A stretch of 63,993 nt of DNA, the filler included. It is 4 parts of 4 records of this genome, joined end to end, with 100 filler letters (N's around TTAATTAATTAA, not from the genome) between each part and the next. Parts side by side here need not be neighbours in the genome. Positions count along the whole stretch, not along the records: positions 43,111 to 57,799 come from DRR378314_278; positions 57,900 to 63,993 come from DRR378314_302; 2 more parts are not named here. One strand, given 5' to 3'. Positions 43,537 to 58,267 of this stretch are shown piece after piece (position 1 is the first letter of the stretch; every line of letters starts with the position of its first letter). Below the pieces are notes generated by a model that ran no database searches, had not been told where the DNA came from, and was given only the letters and a program-made list of their open reading frames with translations. The translations under genes and the position numbers were made by a program.

Positions 43537-46500
43537 TCACCTTGATGGCACCTTCCCGCTTCCAATTGCCTCAGCACACTGAAGCAGCGTTGGGTCCAGC
43601 GCGCGCGCCTCGCGCAACGCGCCGAGAATCCCGTCTACATCAGCTTCGATTCTAGCTACAATACGCTGTCCGAGCTCAAAGTCATCGCGAGCGAAAGAAA
43701 CTAATGGCTGTTCTGCTCCATGTTCACCGCTAACACGGTTTGCTTGTAAGGTCTGCGATCCAGTTGGGACTCGTTGGTTCGCTTTCCACGACGATCGGAG
43801 CTTTGTGCGACAGCGAACAGGAAGCGAAAATGCAGTAGAGCAGCGGAGAAATGCAGCGCAGACGCACATGAGCACGCAGACACGTTAACAGGCCGAGGCA
43901 GCACGCTGAGGAGATCCACGTTCTTACTGACATATGCCATAGCAAAGTTTGATCGATCTGAAGTTGGAAGGATCGCTCTTTCTCCGTATTTAGTTGTGCC
44001 AAGCACTTCGCGCGTATTCGCTGCGCCGTCGCCGACGCGAAGCCGTGGGTACTAACTCTTGGGCTGGGCGGGACATTGCGCACAAATCTCCAACTCGGTT
44101 GATTTCTCGCGTAGACCAAAGAAAGGAAATCAAAATGCACTTGAAAAGCTAAGATGAGTGGTATCTTACTGCTGATCCGCAAGTACAACGGTTCGCTACG
44201 AGCGAAATGTTTCAAGAGGGAAAAGCCACGGCGTGCGAGCTTGCATTACGGCTTCCGCGGGAGGAATCTTGTCAGAGGAATGGCGCATGCCGATCCAACC
44301 ACGCTTGGCGCACGAAACAGTGCATTTCCTTTGCGTGGAAAAGCGCGCTGACCGGATGTTTCGGGTATTGTGTATGCTTTTGTGCAGCAGGCGATTATCT
44401 GCAAGTATCCGTACCTCATTCCATCGTTTCGCAAGTTCCTCGATCACTGGCAGCCAAATCAGGCGAGCTTGCGCAGCTTGCGCCGTAGGGGCAGCCGAGA
44501 GAGACTTGAGCGTCTGGCGCAGCGCGCGCACTTCTCTTTCCTGGCGCACAGCATGAGAATTGCGAGGAAGAGAGAGCATCTCCGTCGTTTCTTCCGAAGA
44601 GATATTGGTTTCGACATGGTGTTGAATGTCCGCCAGCGACGCCTGCTGCGGTGGAGCGGGAAGCGCCCGTGCGGAGCCTACTCGCTCGCCGCGCACAAAC
44701 GACGGCGATATCACCGACTCCATGAGCGCGCGCAGCAGCCGTGCGTCAAACGTGCTGTCCACGCGACCGCCGTACACCGCATTATCGAAGAGACCGTAGA
44801 GAGTCTGCCAGTCCGAAAAGGAGTCCGACGTAACACGTGACTGCATGATCATCAGCGCCGCCCGCAAGTCCGCCACATTGAACTCGTAGGCCTTTGACCA
44901 TCCTTGCGGCACGTAGCTTCGGCGTTCTTGCGCGACCGCGTGGAGTAATGCAGCGCTGTACATCAGTTTCCGCTGTAGCGCACACGCGCTATCAATTGCT
45001 TCGTTGCTCCAGCTCGATATCGAGCGTAAAAGATTTTCCCGTATTCCTGGTGGTGCTTCGAATGAAACCTAAAGAATACGGGCGCAGCAAACAGCTGGTT
45101 AGCAGCTTAAGTGACACAACTAGGAACAGCAACAAACGCATCCCCCGTTAAGGGTGAAATCAACGACGCAGACGCACGCACGAGAGCTGGGCGACCTGCC
45201 ACAATTGGTGCGCTTCATGATCAACTCATGTACCCCCCAGCAATATCAAAAAACTGATCGTACGCATTATATGTATTCGCCGAGGTACACATGCATCGAA
45301 TCGGATTGAGTACGGCTCGTGCGCCCCGGTTGCGTGCCGTGTCGGCTTCGGGGCATGTAAGCGTCAGAGCACGGCAGACGTTCCCAACAGCTTCGATTTG
45401 CACGCCCTATCGCACTGTCGCTCTACACGCCCGTGCACGACCTCTTCGCTTCCTATGCAACGTTTTGCACCGGGATCGAGACGTGCTTTTGTACCAAGGC
45501 ATGTGACTCTACGGTGCTCGGAATTTGGTCTGTCAATCAAGAAGTGCTTACGGAGCGTACCTTGCAGGCGTCCTCGATCAGGGACTCTGGAAGCGCGTCA
45601 TTCGGCTCTGTGGTAAGCCACAGCCGGAAGTCGGTGTGCGGAGAAAGGGTGCGGAGGGTCTGAACGATGCGCGGCAGTGCAGCGAGGGCCAAATGGAGAT
45701 TTTGTAGACACAACCAGTAGCCTTGTTTGCTCGCGTCGAGCAAGAGACGCAGCGCCGCCTCTTCCTGTCCCTGTCCCATCGCGAGTTGGCGATAGCGCGA
45801 CGGTCCTACGGTGCGCGCGCCGATCTCCTCCAACTCTATTGACGGATCTGCCCCAGGACCTACAAAGAGCAGAGCAGGCGTTTTTCCGCCGGCCATTTCC
45901 TCGCGTGCTAAAACCCCAAAATCCACTTTAGGTGATGTTTGTACGCATGGAGGAAGCCCTTCAACAATAAATCTGGTGAGGGCAGCGTGAGACCGATCCG
46001 GGCGAAGCGTCAGCACAAGGAGAAGCTTCTGGAACGCCGAAAGCTCCTCGATCGGCAGCGCCCGCTCGGCCATCGGACTGGACATCCATGAACCCCACGT
46101 TGCTGCGTCGTCCAGTCGGGCACGAGAGTGAATAACAGGGACTTGCGCAAGTAGATTTTTCAGTGCACCTCTTCGTTCTTCGGGGATCCAGCTCGGTATG
46201 GATGCGGTTTGTGCCCCAGAGGACGTAGTGGGCAGTGTGGCACCTGCACTGCGAGAGAGGAGCTCGTAGGGGCTCGCGTTTTCCGCTGCACTCGCCCCCT
46301 GTACCGCTCGAACGGAACCATCGGCAAAGTGCTTCCACTCATGAGGTTCGATTGGGCACAGCTGCATTTCGTACATAAGAAGTAGTAAAAATGCGCGCCG
46401 ATCACTTTTCGAGAGACAGAGGAGGGCCGCTCGCACGACGCGGGACAAAACGTTCCCCTGTATCGCATTTGGCTCGCCACGCGCGTCTGGGTCTCGCACG

Positions 46501-49500
46501 CTGCGCTCGAAAAGCGATACAAACGACGCAAGGCCAAACCGATAGCTCTGTCGCAGATAAACCAGACGCTGTAGTAAGAAATAGAGGTGAGATCCTTGCT
46601 CCGCGAGAGGGCGGTAAGCCGCTGTTTCCTGCGCAAGCGACCGCTCCACCTCGTGAGCGTCTGCGAGCGCCTTCTCAATCGAAGCCGTTTGCGACTTTGC
46701 GCTGTTCAGCGACTCGATCAGAGCGTCGTTGTCAAGAAGGGAGACCTGCGATTCGGTTAGCTCCTCCAGAATGCGATCTTCCAGCTGCAGCAGCTGCATT
46801 CGCATATCTTCTTCTCTTCGCAAAAGCTCGCTCTTCTGCTGCCCCAGTTCTGGCCGCAGCACGTCCAGCACCAAACCCAGCAGCTGGCTCTCGAGTCCCG
46901 ATTGAGTCACGGAGAAGTTCACCTCGGACAAAAATGGCGCGACGTCTGCCGGCATCGCGACGGAAGAAGACTTTGCAAACAGGACAATACGTAGTCCGTC
47001 CGCAACATCGACTTCCTTATCCGCAATTCGCACTACAGTGCGTGCGCCGCTGCGCCGAAACTCGCGGCGAAGAAGCGGAACGAGTAGAGGAGGGACGTCG
47101 TGCTCAGCTACGTCTCGGACTAGCAGCGCGCGACCAAAGCGCGCGGCGCGTTCGGCAGCGGTGCCAAGGCGCGGATCAAGAGCAGACACAACCTCGGCGC
47201 CAGAGCTGTGTCCAGCCATTAGGCTCTCAAACCAATGCGACGCCGCACCCGATGGGTCGACTACAAGCGGGACTGCTTGGACGCCCAGAGGCGAAAGCGT
47301 CTTCACCAGGACTGCCGCATTTTCGAGCGACAGCTGGTCAGCTGGCAAGCCACCCGCACGCCAAGCAAGGCGCTCACGCTCCGTTGCCACGGTCTGCGCG
47401 TATTCAAACGCTTCGGGGGTACCCTCATATACTTGCTCTGTCCACCGCTGTAGCTTCTTCCGACGGTGTTCCTCTGGTGCTCGTGCGAGGTACGTGGAGA
47501 ATGCTGCGGCCAACACAGCTGAGCGCGGTGCCGCTGCGAATGCAGCGTCCAGCTCCGCAACGCGACGTTCCCAGCGTGCCCGCTCGGCGCCCAGGGCCTC
47601 AAGAAGGCTGGATGCCTTGCAAACAGTTTCCTCTGTGCGCTCGACATCGGCGCGCAGCGTCTCGGCGCGCGCAGTCTTGAGACGAAACTCCTCCCGGAGA
47701 GAGGCCACCTTGCCGTCAAGCTCCGCTAGGACGCGCTCGTTTTCTTCCACAGCCGCACGAGCAATGTCGAGCTCTTCCTGGAGCTTGTGCAGCTCGTTCT
47801 CGAGCGGTGAAAGGCGCTCGAGAACGGTCGCGTACCGGAGTGTGGCTTTCACCCATGCGGCGAGCGGCGCTGCCGCAACGGACGCACGCGTAATTACACT
47901 TGGCTCAAACGAGCGCCCAGCGGCAGCCAGGAGGCGCTCCACCGCCTCACGATGGTCGGGGCGGATTCTGCGCGGATCGAAGCGAATGATCATATCCTTC
48001 ACGCCGCGTTGACCCAAAAATCGCTTCATCGACATCCACGACGTATCGTCGTTGCCCAGCAGTTTCAGCACACCCTCCAGTACGTCCCGGATTGGCTCCG
48101 GTGGCATTTTGAGAGATCGGATCTCTGTGAGATTCTCGTTTCGGATCTGTCCAACTTCGCGTTTGGCCTGCTCCATGGCAGGTCGAATGTCTTCGAGCTC
48201 CATCTCGATACGGTCCTTGCGCGAGCTGAGCTCGGTCTCCTGCTGTTGCATTTGGTGCCGCAGGCCTTCAGCGCGCCGCTTGCTTTCACTCGCCTCTTCC
48301 ATAGAGCGCTGTATCTGCAGGAGTGCTTCGTCGGCCTCGTGCTGCTGAACGGCAAGCTCTTCGCGCTTCAGCGCGGCAGACTGCGACATCTCATCCACTG
48401 TCTGCGCAGCTTCAGCTAACCGGGCGAGACCGCCGTGCAGTCGCCGGCGGTCTTTCTCGATGCTCGCCTGTCGGGATGAGACGATCGTCTGATACGTCGT
48501 CAGTAGCTGCATGAACGAGAGCGAAGACCATGCACAGGGATCATCTGCACAGCAATCCATATGAATATCAACGAGTGCTTTGACTGAGCTGCGATGCTCT
48601 TCGTGCGAATCGCTGGATTCGCGATGTGGCTGAGCGCGCGAATCACTATCGCTAAGGCCGTCCGTCTTCGCCGCCGCAAGCTCCCGCTCTTGCGCGGTCG
48701 CGTTTGCACCAGAAAGAGGTTTGTGGGCAACAAGGGCAGTCAGAGCGGACATTTCTAGGTCCGAGCTGCTCCACGGCTGCCACCATGTTAGGGTTGCTCG
48801 GGACACAATAGCGGGATGACTCTGACATAGTTTGTCCAGCGATCGGGTCTGCGTGTCCAACGCAAGAGCTACGTGGAAATTACGAACAACTCGGTACGTG
48901 AACGCGCGGCGCAGTTCGCTCGAGGACGACGCGCTCGCAGTGCTTTCTAGCTTTGCTGCAATAATGTGTGACAACCGACGCGCTTCTCTCCCAACGCTTG
49001 ACATCGTTTCGCGACCACTGTCGACGCCCGATTCGTCTTGCATGTCTCGGTACTGTTGCTTCCACGAGTGGAAGTCTGCGAGCATGGCCTCTCGGTGCGG
49101 CGCTGCAGCGCCCTCCAGTTCGTCTTCCGTGACGATGTCCGTGGACGCGGCATTCGAGACCGCGGTCGCAAGCGCGTCTAAGACGAGCAGTCCTCCAGCG
49201 CGCATATGATGCTCCTCGATCATAAATACTACCCGCGAGCCCTCACAGCCCGCAGCCAGGACAGATGCACGAAGGTCGGCCAGAACTTGTCGAGTGCAGG
49301 CGCTCGATCCGGCTCCCCGTGCGTCGGTTGGACCACCTGCACCAGCGCGCCTGCCGTCTCCACCAGGTCCGCGCTCGTGGCCTGCAGCTCCTCCTGTGAC
49401 GGTACCAATTGTGGCAGTGCGAATCTCAGTCCCGTGTGCGGCAGCAAACAGTTCGAGCACTTCGTGGCGTCCATCTCCCGGGCGTCCGCACAAGATCACG

Positions 49501-52500
49501 TGCCCGCACGGCCGCAGTAGCACACGCTCGACCGCAGCGAACCCGTCCAGCGCCGCAGGAGGGAGAAGCACAGGCGTTGTAAGCACATCTCGCTCCACGC
49601 GCACGCGCGCACGATCAATCGTACGGGAATGCAAGTCCGATGCGGAGCATAGCGAAAGATTTCCGTACTCTGAAATGGCCGCAAACATGCTCTTATCAGA
49701 GAAATGCGGACTGGCGGGATTCCACGAGTCGTCGCGATTCGCCGGAACCAGCTCGGGGTTTTCTTCGAGCACGAGCCCGGCGTCGTCGAGCGCCGCTCTG
49801 AGCATTCCTGCAAACTGCCGTCGATGCTCCACAGACACGAGACGGTCGCGCAACGCCCGGTTCATTTCGTTGAGGAGACACAGTGCGATGTGAGATTCGT
49901 CAGTATCGCTGTAGTAGGACAGTCCCTGCACGCAGTCGGTCAGCTGGCGTAATGAAAGTCTGTAATGTGGCTCTATCGAAGGGGAGAAGAGGTTGCGCGC
50001 CCGGGAAAGCAACGCCACCGCACAGTGTGCTACACGCGCAGCATTATCAGATGGACTGTCCAGCACCCGTGAAGCGACAGATTTGTAAATGCGAACCAGT
50101 TCACTCTGTTCTGGATGGTCCAAGTACACAACGCGCATGGAAGCGAAGAAGCGGGCGCGCAGCGACACGCGCTCGTCCCCTGTTGCTGGCGTCAGCGAGC
50201 ATACAAGTTGGATGCGGTCAAGCCCTGTCCAGAGCATGTCATCGTCGTAGAATCCACCATGCTGCACCATCTGTGAAACAAGAGCTGCACATTCCACGGT
50301 TCCGTAGCGGTCTGTACGTGGAATATGGATATTTCGGACGTAAAGAACGACAGCGTCTGCGTTCTGCGGGCGAAGCATACGTCCTTGCGACGTCGCGACC
50401 ACAGCTGTCGCTGCCTGCAGGCGGGAAAGAATGTCGCTCGCTCGCGTTTCTGCATTACACTCCACTTCCACCAAGGTCACCCGACGATGTTGCTTGAATA
50501 GATGCCGAACAAGCAGACTCTTCCCACTTCCTCGGTCTCCAACAATCGCTATGGGATTGCGCGCCTGTATCCAAGGCTTTGCGATCGCCAAGATGCGCAT
50601 GATACCTGCGGTAAGGACAAGAGAGTCACCGGTGCTGTCGCTCCCATTCGGCGGCGCTGCATCCTCAGCAACGCTCGTTGAAGGAAAGCTATGCACGTCA
50701 TCGAGATCGCTCGGATGAAAAGGCTCAAAAGCATCATTGACAGTGCTCCAAGTGTACATGTGTGCGCGCATGGGGTCCACGCCACTCTCGGCGCCCAGGA
50801 TTCCATAGGCAATAGCAGCTGCGTCCGCGGAATCGAAGACGGCGGACAAGGAAAGTGCCACTGCACTGCGAATTTCTTCACGCGATTCGCATCCGGCGAG
50901 GTGTGGCAAAACATTGCGCACTAACCCCAGCGTAGTAGTAGGAACAACAGACCGCCGGGTGCCGGCGTGCCGGAGTGCCTCGCGCAAGATTTCTACGACA
51001 TCCGAGTCGGACCACGCTCGCGGCACGGCTCCAGCAGCACGAGATTCACCCAGTGCGCCCTTGACAGCACTCTGTCCCTCGTCGTATTCTGTGCCTTTCT
51101 CGTCCGCACCGAGGAGCGCGTCGCTCGCTGCGGTCGTCACTTGCTGGCGCGCGGGACGTTTGGTCGCGTCGCTTGTAGCATGTTGCGTCGAGGAAAGCCA
51201 CGAGCGGACTGGGCCCTCCACGACACTCGTGGCGTCCCGCGTCCCTTCGGTGAGATAAAGTACTCCCATGCGCGACACTGTCGCTGGAGAAGCAAATGAG
51301 AGGTCGTCGGTTTCAAAAACAAAGTTCACATTGCTGCTAAACTGAATGCGCTCGCCATTGGGAAGCGTAAGAAGGCGATTGTCGTCCAGCACGCTGTTGA
51401 GCGACTCGATCCACTCGGGGTCGATGTCTCCGTCGCAGACAATCCACAGAAGCTCGTTGCGAGCGATTCGCGTGACCTGGCGCGCAGCCTTTGTCAGAAT
51501 GCCGTCGTACCAGATACGGGTATCGATGTCAAGGTGGCCGAGCAACTTCGTGCGGGCGCACGCTTTGGGGTTCATGCGCACGACGTGAACCTGCGTCCCT
51601 CGCTGCACCAGCGCGTGCTCGAGGACGCGGAGCGCAGTCGACTTCCCGGTGCCCGGCGCGCCGACGAGGACTACCCCAATGCGCTGCTGCATGAGCTCCC
51701 ACAGCTGCAGTGCGCGCTCAACATGCACGGGCGAAGCGTGCAAACCAAGTGTTCCGAAAGCGGTAGCAACGGCATCTCCAATCGATCCATAATCTACTGG
51801 CGGTAGGCGTTTGATCTGGAACACGTCTTCCACGAGCCGCTCAAAGCGCCGAGCGTCCTCGACGGTGAGCTTCGACAGCGTGTTGGCGCGCGCGGCCTGA
51901 ACGACCAGCTCCTGCTCAACTTCCTCTCGCCGCACATCGTCGGCGCCGTCAGCCGCCACCTTATTCTCTTTAGATATTCCTTCGCTGCGGCGCTGCAACA
52001 GCTCGCCGCTAAATCGGACCACAGATTTCATGGCACGCAATCCCCAATCGTAGTGCTGCTGGGCGGAAAGGAGACGCGGCGCGCAGCGAAACAGGAACGC
52101 TAGGCGCCTGCCCAGCGCGCTTGCATGCTGGAATCCCTCGGAGAGTAGGACCACCTCCGCGATGAGATCCATATCTGGCTGCGACATGGCAACGGGGCGG
52201 AAAAGTTGCTTCAGATTATCAGGCAGCTTTGAACGACCTCCGTACCCTTTGCCAGCAGGATTCATGGTGACAAATACTCCGGCGCTGGCGCTGAGCGTCG
52301 TTGCGCGTCCCAGAAGCTCGATGGCCGGCGCCCCGGCACTGAGACCTGCCTGGAGTACCTGAATCTGCTGACTAACGGCGGATAGAACCTGCGGCTCTAG
52401 TCGATTGAACTCGTCAAAGCATCCCCATGCTCCAACACGGGCCAAGCCGGCAAAAATGCGTCCCATAGCACGATAGTCGAGCCCTTCGTCACAGTTGAAG

Positions 52501-55500
52501 ACAAGCACCTGTCGGCCAAGCGCACGACCGAGAGCTTTGACGCTCTCGGTCTTTCCTGTGCCTGCTGGGCCGTACGGGTTTCCTCCAAAACCAAAGTGCA
52601 GGCCCTGTGTCAACGCGAGGAAGCACTTGTCAGTCAAAGGAGTATGTACAAGCTTGCTTGGTGTTCCTTGGTACTCAAAGCCGTACGGCAGCGAGGCGTC
52701 GCACATCGCGACCCGAATGCCTCCGCCCTCTTCTTCCGGCTGGTAGTACCGCAGCTGTCGCTGCCACTCCCACGCAGCCTCTGTGAGTGCCTCGCCGGCC
52801 CCTTGAAGGACACTGGCAACATCGCGCCCGTGAATGACGTCAAGAACCAGATTCTTTACACGCAATCTTACGACGGGGTCCTCGGGTCGCAGCGTAGTGA
52901 GTGCGTGCAGCTCGCTGCGGATGTGCGCTGCAGCGTTCTCCATCGTCCGCCCTTGCACTGCGCTGCCCCGACCGCGTATGGCGCGCTCAAACATCGTGGT
53001 CCAGCGAAGGGCCAGAGTAACCTCGCCAACTTGTCCCGGGTAGTCGTATGCCAGGCGCTCAAGCTCGCCGTGCGTATCAGATGCCTCAGACGACGCCAAA
53101 TCGGCTACAGCCCGTCGGATGGCACTTTTCAGCGTGTGCGCCGCTTCCTTGTCAAGCACGCCCAGCCAGCTGTCCACGTCGCCGTCCGGAGCAACTGCGC
53201 GCACTAGTGCCACCGTTTCGCCTTCTGCACTACGTATTCCAACTATAGTCCCAGCAGAGTCATTCCCCGAAATACTCTGCGCGTCTTCGGTTTCTACAGA
53301 TTCCTTTGTATTGATGCGAACATCTGATATCTCGATTTGTGAAATTCCCTGAAAGAGCTTGCCCAAATGCGGTTGAACAACGGCAAGCTCGCGTGAACGA
53401 CCGAGAATCTCCAGCATGTCTTCATCGCCAAGGAAATAGAAGCGAGGAAACGAGTTCCGCTTTTCTTCCAAGAATACTGCAAGTGCCCTCTGACATATAT
53501 CGAGAAGATTTGCCATCTCTTCGACTGGCCCCAGGGAAGCGCCAATGTTCGCCAAGCGCGAAGCGCGTGGATCACGCCGAAGGTTTTCCACCAGATCAGC
53601 GAACCCGGTGTCTGCGCGGTCGAATCGTGCTTGCTGTGCAGGGAGCGCCCCACGTGAAAGAATCGGCTCCAAGTATATCCACTTGCGTTGTATCGCTGCA
53701 ATAGCAGAGTGAGCAGCAGACAAATTCTGGAGCTTCGCCTCCCAGAGCGCCGCATCGTCTGCGTAGAGCTCAAAGTACCTGGAATCGTGAACAGAGGCGA
53801 GCAGTCCCATGTGGTCCCCAATTTCCGCGGCCAGGTCGTCCCAGTCGTTGACAAGCGGAGTTCTGCGACGGACCCCGGCGTGCTCGACAAAGCTCAGTTC
53901 CCGCTGCGCGGCCCACGCGGCCACTTCTTCAATCGCTTCGCGCACAACAAGCTCCCCACGTGCGCGTGCGTGTAGCGCCGCGATCTCGGCTGCCGCGTTT
54001 TGAATATCCTGTGCGTGTTCGAGGAACTCCCCCAGCGTCACATCACTCGGTGTGCGGCTACGAGGCAGGTGCAGGAGTCCGAACAGCGCCGCCCAGTGCT
54101 CCGCGGTGAAGGCGCTGCCGTCACAAAGACGGAGGGTCGGGATAACTGACGAGATGCGCTCTAACGTCCGTTCCAATGCCGCAACAACTGTGCGAGAGGC
54201 CACGTCTTTTCCTCGACCTCGCCATCCGCGTATGAAATCGTCGAGTTCGTGCAGCTTTGCCCGCGCACGAGCCCACGGTTGCTCGCGCCATTCTGCAAGC
54301 TCGCCTTCAAAGTCTGCCAGCACTTGCCACGACGCCTGTGTCGCGTGCACGCTTTCTTGCAGCTCCGCAACATCCGGAGAAGCAGAAAAGGAAACGCCAA
54401 ATGCTTCGCACTCGTCAGCCAGAGCCTTTGACTCCTTTACCAATAACTCCGCTTCGTCTGCCCACTCGCGCAGCTCTGTGAGGACACCCACGGCACCCTC
54501 TTTGTCTCGAGATCCTGCAGAATGCGCAGCAGAGGACATCGACCAGCGCTCGCGCACTTCGCGCACGCGTTCTTCGTGTGTTCTGGCGCGGCGTGCAGTG
54601 TCTTCGCGCAGCGTTTCCCGTTGATCCGCAATGAGCTCCGAGTATGCGCTGAGGCGCAGGCCAAGCTCGTCCAGTAGTGCAGCTGCATCCTCTGTCAAGC
54701 GGTCGAGCTGATCAACGTCGAGCTGATCCCCGAGCGACAGACCGGAGCTCGCAGCTCGCAGCACTCGAATTTCGTCGCTATGGGAGCGCAACTCGCGCAA
54801 TTTTGCCTTCTGGTCTCGCGTCAGAGAGCGACATTCTGCCTCTCGCGCTGCCATTTCGGATGCAGAGGCTGGCTGCGACGCGAGTCTTGCGAGCGCTTCC
54901 GCAGCAAAGGACCGCACGCCCTCCGTACCAGTGGAAACTTTTTGCGCCAGAATCACAGCAACCCGGCCTCGCAAACGCCGAATTCCATCGATGACAGCCT
55001 GACGAACATGTGTTGTATCGATAATGATAAGCCCTGATCGCACCTGCTCTGGTAAGCGCTCAGCGTCGCGCTGGCGCCCACGAAGTAAGCGCAGCGCACG
55101 CTCCCACTGCAACACAGAAGCAATGGAAGTCTTCACGTACTCCTCGGGATCGAAATCGCATCCCTGAAGCCAGTCGCCAAAGACAGACATCCCATCTCGT
55201 GCTCCGTGTACCATTTCACCCAGCAGGCGAGAGCATGAACCAAGCGCCTCGCTGTGAGCTTGCAACGCCTTGACAAAGAACTGCTCTCCGCTCTCGCCCA
55301 CGCCGCGGAGACGCGCGAGCGCGCCGACAACGTTGCGGACTTCTTGGTGCATGCCCGAACGGATCTCCTCCAAGGGAGGATCAAAGAGAATAATTCCATT
55401 TGCTGCTTTTGTTTTGGTACGTTTCGTCGATAATCGAGTGTGCAGAGAAGGAAGGAGGCAATCAAGCTGTGTGTGCACGACTTTGGCCACCTGCGCGTCG

Positions 55501-57677
55501 ACGTGTGCTCGCCACGCGCTCGTCTCGGAGTACCCTTCAGCCTCAAGTTGCAGGACTGCCATTCGGATTTTCTTCATGGTATCTCGCCACACGCCCACCT
55601 CACCAAGGATATCTCGATTAGCAGCGCTCAGAATTTCCGACATGGCGGTCTCGTGAACGCGGCGGAGCTTTTTGGTCTCCGCCAGAAGCGTTGCCGCCGC
55701 TTTCTGCAGTGCAGCGACGTATGTAGCGGCATCCGTGTGCGGCCCCGCTGCCGGAGCTTTCGCCTGCCGGTGCACTGCACGCTCAAAGTCCAGCGCTGGC
55801 ACAAGTAGCATTGCACGTTGTGCCGGGACTATTTTTTCATCAATCGTATTGTATAGCGCCGCGACCTGGCGGAGCGCCAGCTCTTGGTGATGCAGCTGCC
55901 GGGCTTGCGCTGCTGCGCGGAGGATCGCAGGCGGGAAGCGCATGCCGAGCGACGAGAGGTGTCGCACCTCGCTCAAAAGCCGCTCTCGTCGAGTGTCCAT
56001 TCCGACAAGCAAACGCCCATCATCGGGATCGATACGAAGGAGCGATTCTTGGGCTCTGCTCTCGCCTGTTGAGCTTGGCTTGCCGTTCGCACTGGAAACC
56101 GGTGTGGGAAATGTCTGTATAGCTGTCTCTGCTGCGCGGCACCACGCCTGGAACAGTGCCTCTAGCGAATCGTTTGCCTCGGCCTCGACGTCGGTTGCAG
56201 CAGCAACGATAGACGCAGCGCTTTCGTTTGGAAGAATTGCACGTGCGAGCAAACGTACTGAGCCAGCTAGCTCGCGGCCATGCACAAGGCCGCGCGCGTC
56301 GTCGTGGATGATGGGAAGCTCCGTTGGAGAGACGCGACGCGAAATGGCAGCAGGAGATGGAGCGGAATGAACGTCTGCGCGCGCCAGCTCCAGGCATTCG
56401 TTCAGAAGTGATACAGCCCTTTGAACCACAGTATGTGCTCGTTTCGCAATATGCGGATGTTTGAGGAGCGCACTATGTTTGCGAAACGGCTCCAGTTGAC
56501 GTAGAAGTGGAACGTGAGATGGCGTGCCATTTAGTGGCCCGGGAGAGTCGCTTGCATCTGCAGTGAGCTCTGCGGAGAGCCGGTCCGCAATAATATCGTA
56601 TGTTCTGCTGACGCGTTCCTCAAATACCTGATCTGCAGATGCCCAAGCGTGCTGCCCTAGTTTTCCTACCGCACCAACATCCAACGAACGAAAGATGTCG
56701 AATAAATTGCAGACACCATATGTTTCTTGCTCGGCGGGAGAAAGCAAGTTCTCCATCCCGTGGATGAAGCGCCGAATCTCCCGCACATGCGCGAATCGCT
56801 GGCTGAGAGCTTTCGCAGTTTCTAATGTGGCTCCAAGGTGCTCGGTATCACAGCTATCTTTGGAGTCTTTTTGCCCGTGCTCAGCTGTTGATGTGTTCCA
56901 TTCGCCGGCCCAATAGCGCTGCGTGAGATCCTCAGCGCTGCGGCACCACTCATCCAGCACGGTCTCGACCCCACGTAAGTTCTCACCGGCTGTCGAAACA
57001 TCTGCTTCCCAGCTTGCTACGGCCTCCGCCCGTACACGCGCCCAGCGAATCCACTGTATCGTCAGCACGCAGAGGAGTCGTTCCATGCGATTTTGTGGAA
57101 AGCGATGCAGATTGCGGTCAGGACCGTCAGGGAACTCTTCTTGGCGCCACAGATAGTCGAGCGAGTCCTGTGTCACTTCGATCTGCTCGAGCGCGCCCTC
57201 TGCATCCAGCTCGTCTACTTCCGCATACTTGCGACTGAGGGGCTCCAGAACACTGCAAACCCAGCGAGCTACAGTCACTGTATCTCGATCTGAGTGTCGA
57301 TCACTTGCACGATCGGCCCAGAATTCGTACTCATCAGTGACAGTGAACACGCCAACCTGCGCGCTCCTTCCTTCGCGCTCAGCAGCACCAAACCGCCGCA
57401 GGTTCGCGCGCAATCCGCGCTCAAGGTCCGCGAGAAGGCTGTGGATACTGGCATCGATGATATCATCTCCCGTTGCGAAATTAGTGAGCAGCGGCTTGTA
57501 CATCGTGTGAATCGCTGTATAGAGGTCATGACCTACACTTTGCAGTAATCTTCGGCACACAATCCCGTTTGTAATACCATCCGAGTCATCTGGCGCCATA
57601 GTATCGTAAAACACGACAACCACGTCTCGCCACTTGGCGATGTCATCGGTGCTCGCCAAGAATGAAATCCGACAGCC
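43537..57677 (-). CDS. DYNC2H1: Cytoplasmic dynein-2 (retrograde IFT) heavy chain, incomplete at both ends
   Basis: AAA1 GGNPYGPAGTGKTESVK, NPAGKGYGGRSKLPDNLKQLFRPVAM; AAA2 GAPGTGKS, WIESLNSVLDDNRLLTLPNGERI; AAA3 GDRGSGKS; stalk SWMSMKRFLGQRGVK. Exons 57677-45561, 45068-44415 (VSFEAPPG, QERRSYVPQGWSKAYEF) and one near 43790-43540. Confidence 0.92.
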
Positions 57678-57799
57678 CTGTACCAGCACCATTTCCACGA
57701 AAAGATATACGTACACCGAAAGACGAATATTTTTTGCATAAAATCGTTTCTATAGACAGGGGGGAAGAGAAGCAACCACAACGCTCTGGCCAAAAAAAA

Positions 57800-57899
57800 N
57801 NNNNNNNNNNNNNNNNNNNNNNNNNNNNNNNNNNNNNNNNNNNTTAATTAATTAANNNNNNNNNNNNNNNNNNNNNNNNNNNNNNNNNNNNNNNNNNNN
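57800..57899. other. Artificial contig linker
   Basis: 44 N + TTAATTAATTAA + 44 N. Confidence 0.99.
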
Positions 57900-57925
57900 T
57901 CTCTCTCTCTCTCTCTCTCTCTCTC
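57900..57925. repeat. (TC)n microsatellite at contig start
   Basis: Directly visible. Confidence 0.95.
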
Positions 57926-58267
57926 CCGATGTGAAATTGACCGCTTTGTCCTGTAGGGGCTTACGATGACAGTATACAAGATTTTGGTTACGGACACGTG
58001 GGGGCGCCTACTTCTGCCGCGTATTTTCCACCGGGTGTAGGTGCGTTGGCCACCCAGCGCGGTATCGCTGCGGCGAATACGGCGCCACGCGTCGCCGTGT
58101 GCACTTCGCGGTTCTGCCAGTTGAGCGCGCTTCTGACGGGCGTGCTCGTCACTCGAGTACTAATCACTGCACCTGATATACAGTGTACTTCAGGAAGACT
58201 TCCATTAAGTGATTTCAGGTGTGATTGCCTCTGACGAGCCTCGTAGACTGTTTTGCATTCGGAGCAG

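Noticed and set aside
45001-45068. Suspected frameshift in the dynein exon after EAPPG
   Set aside because: Recounting the A4 run at 45028-45031 gives a continuous frame (ENLLRSISSW)
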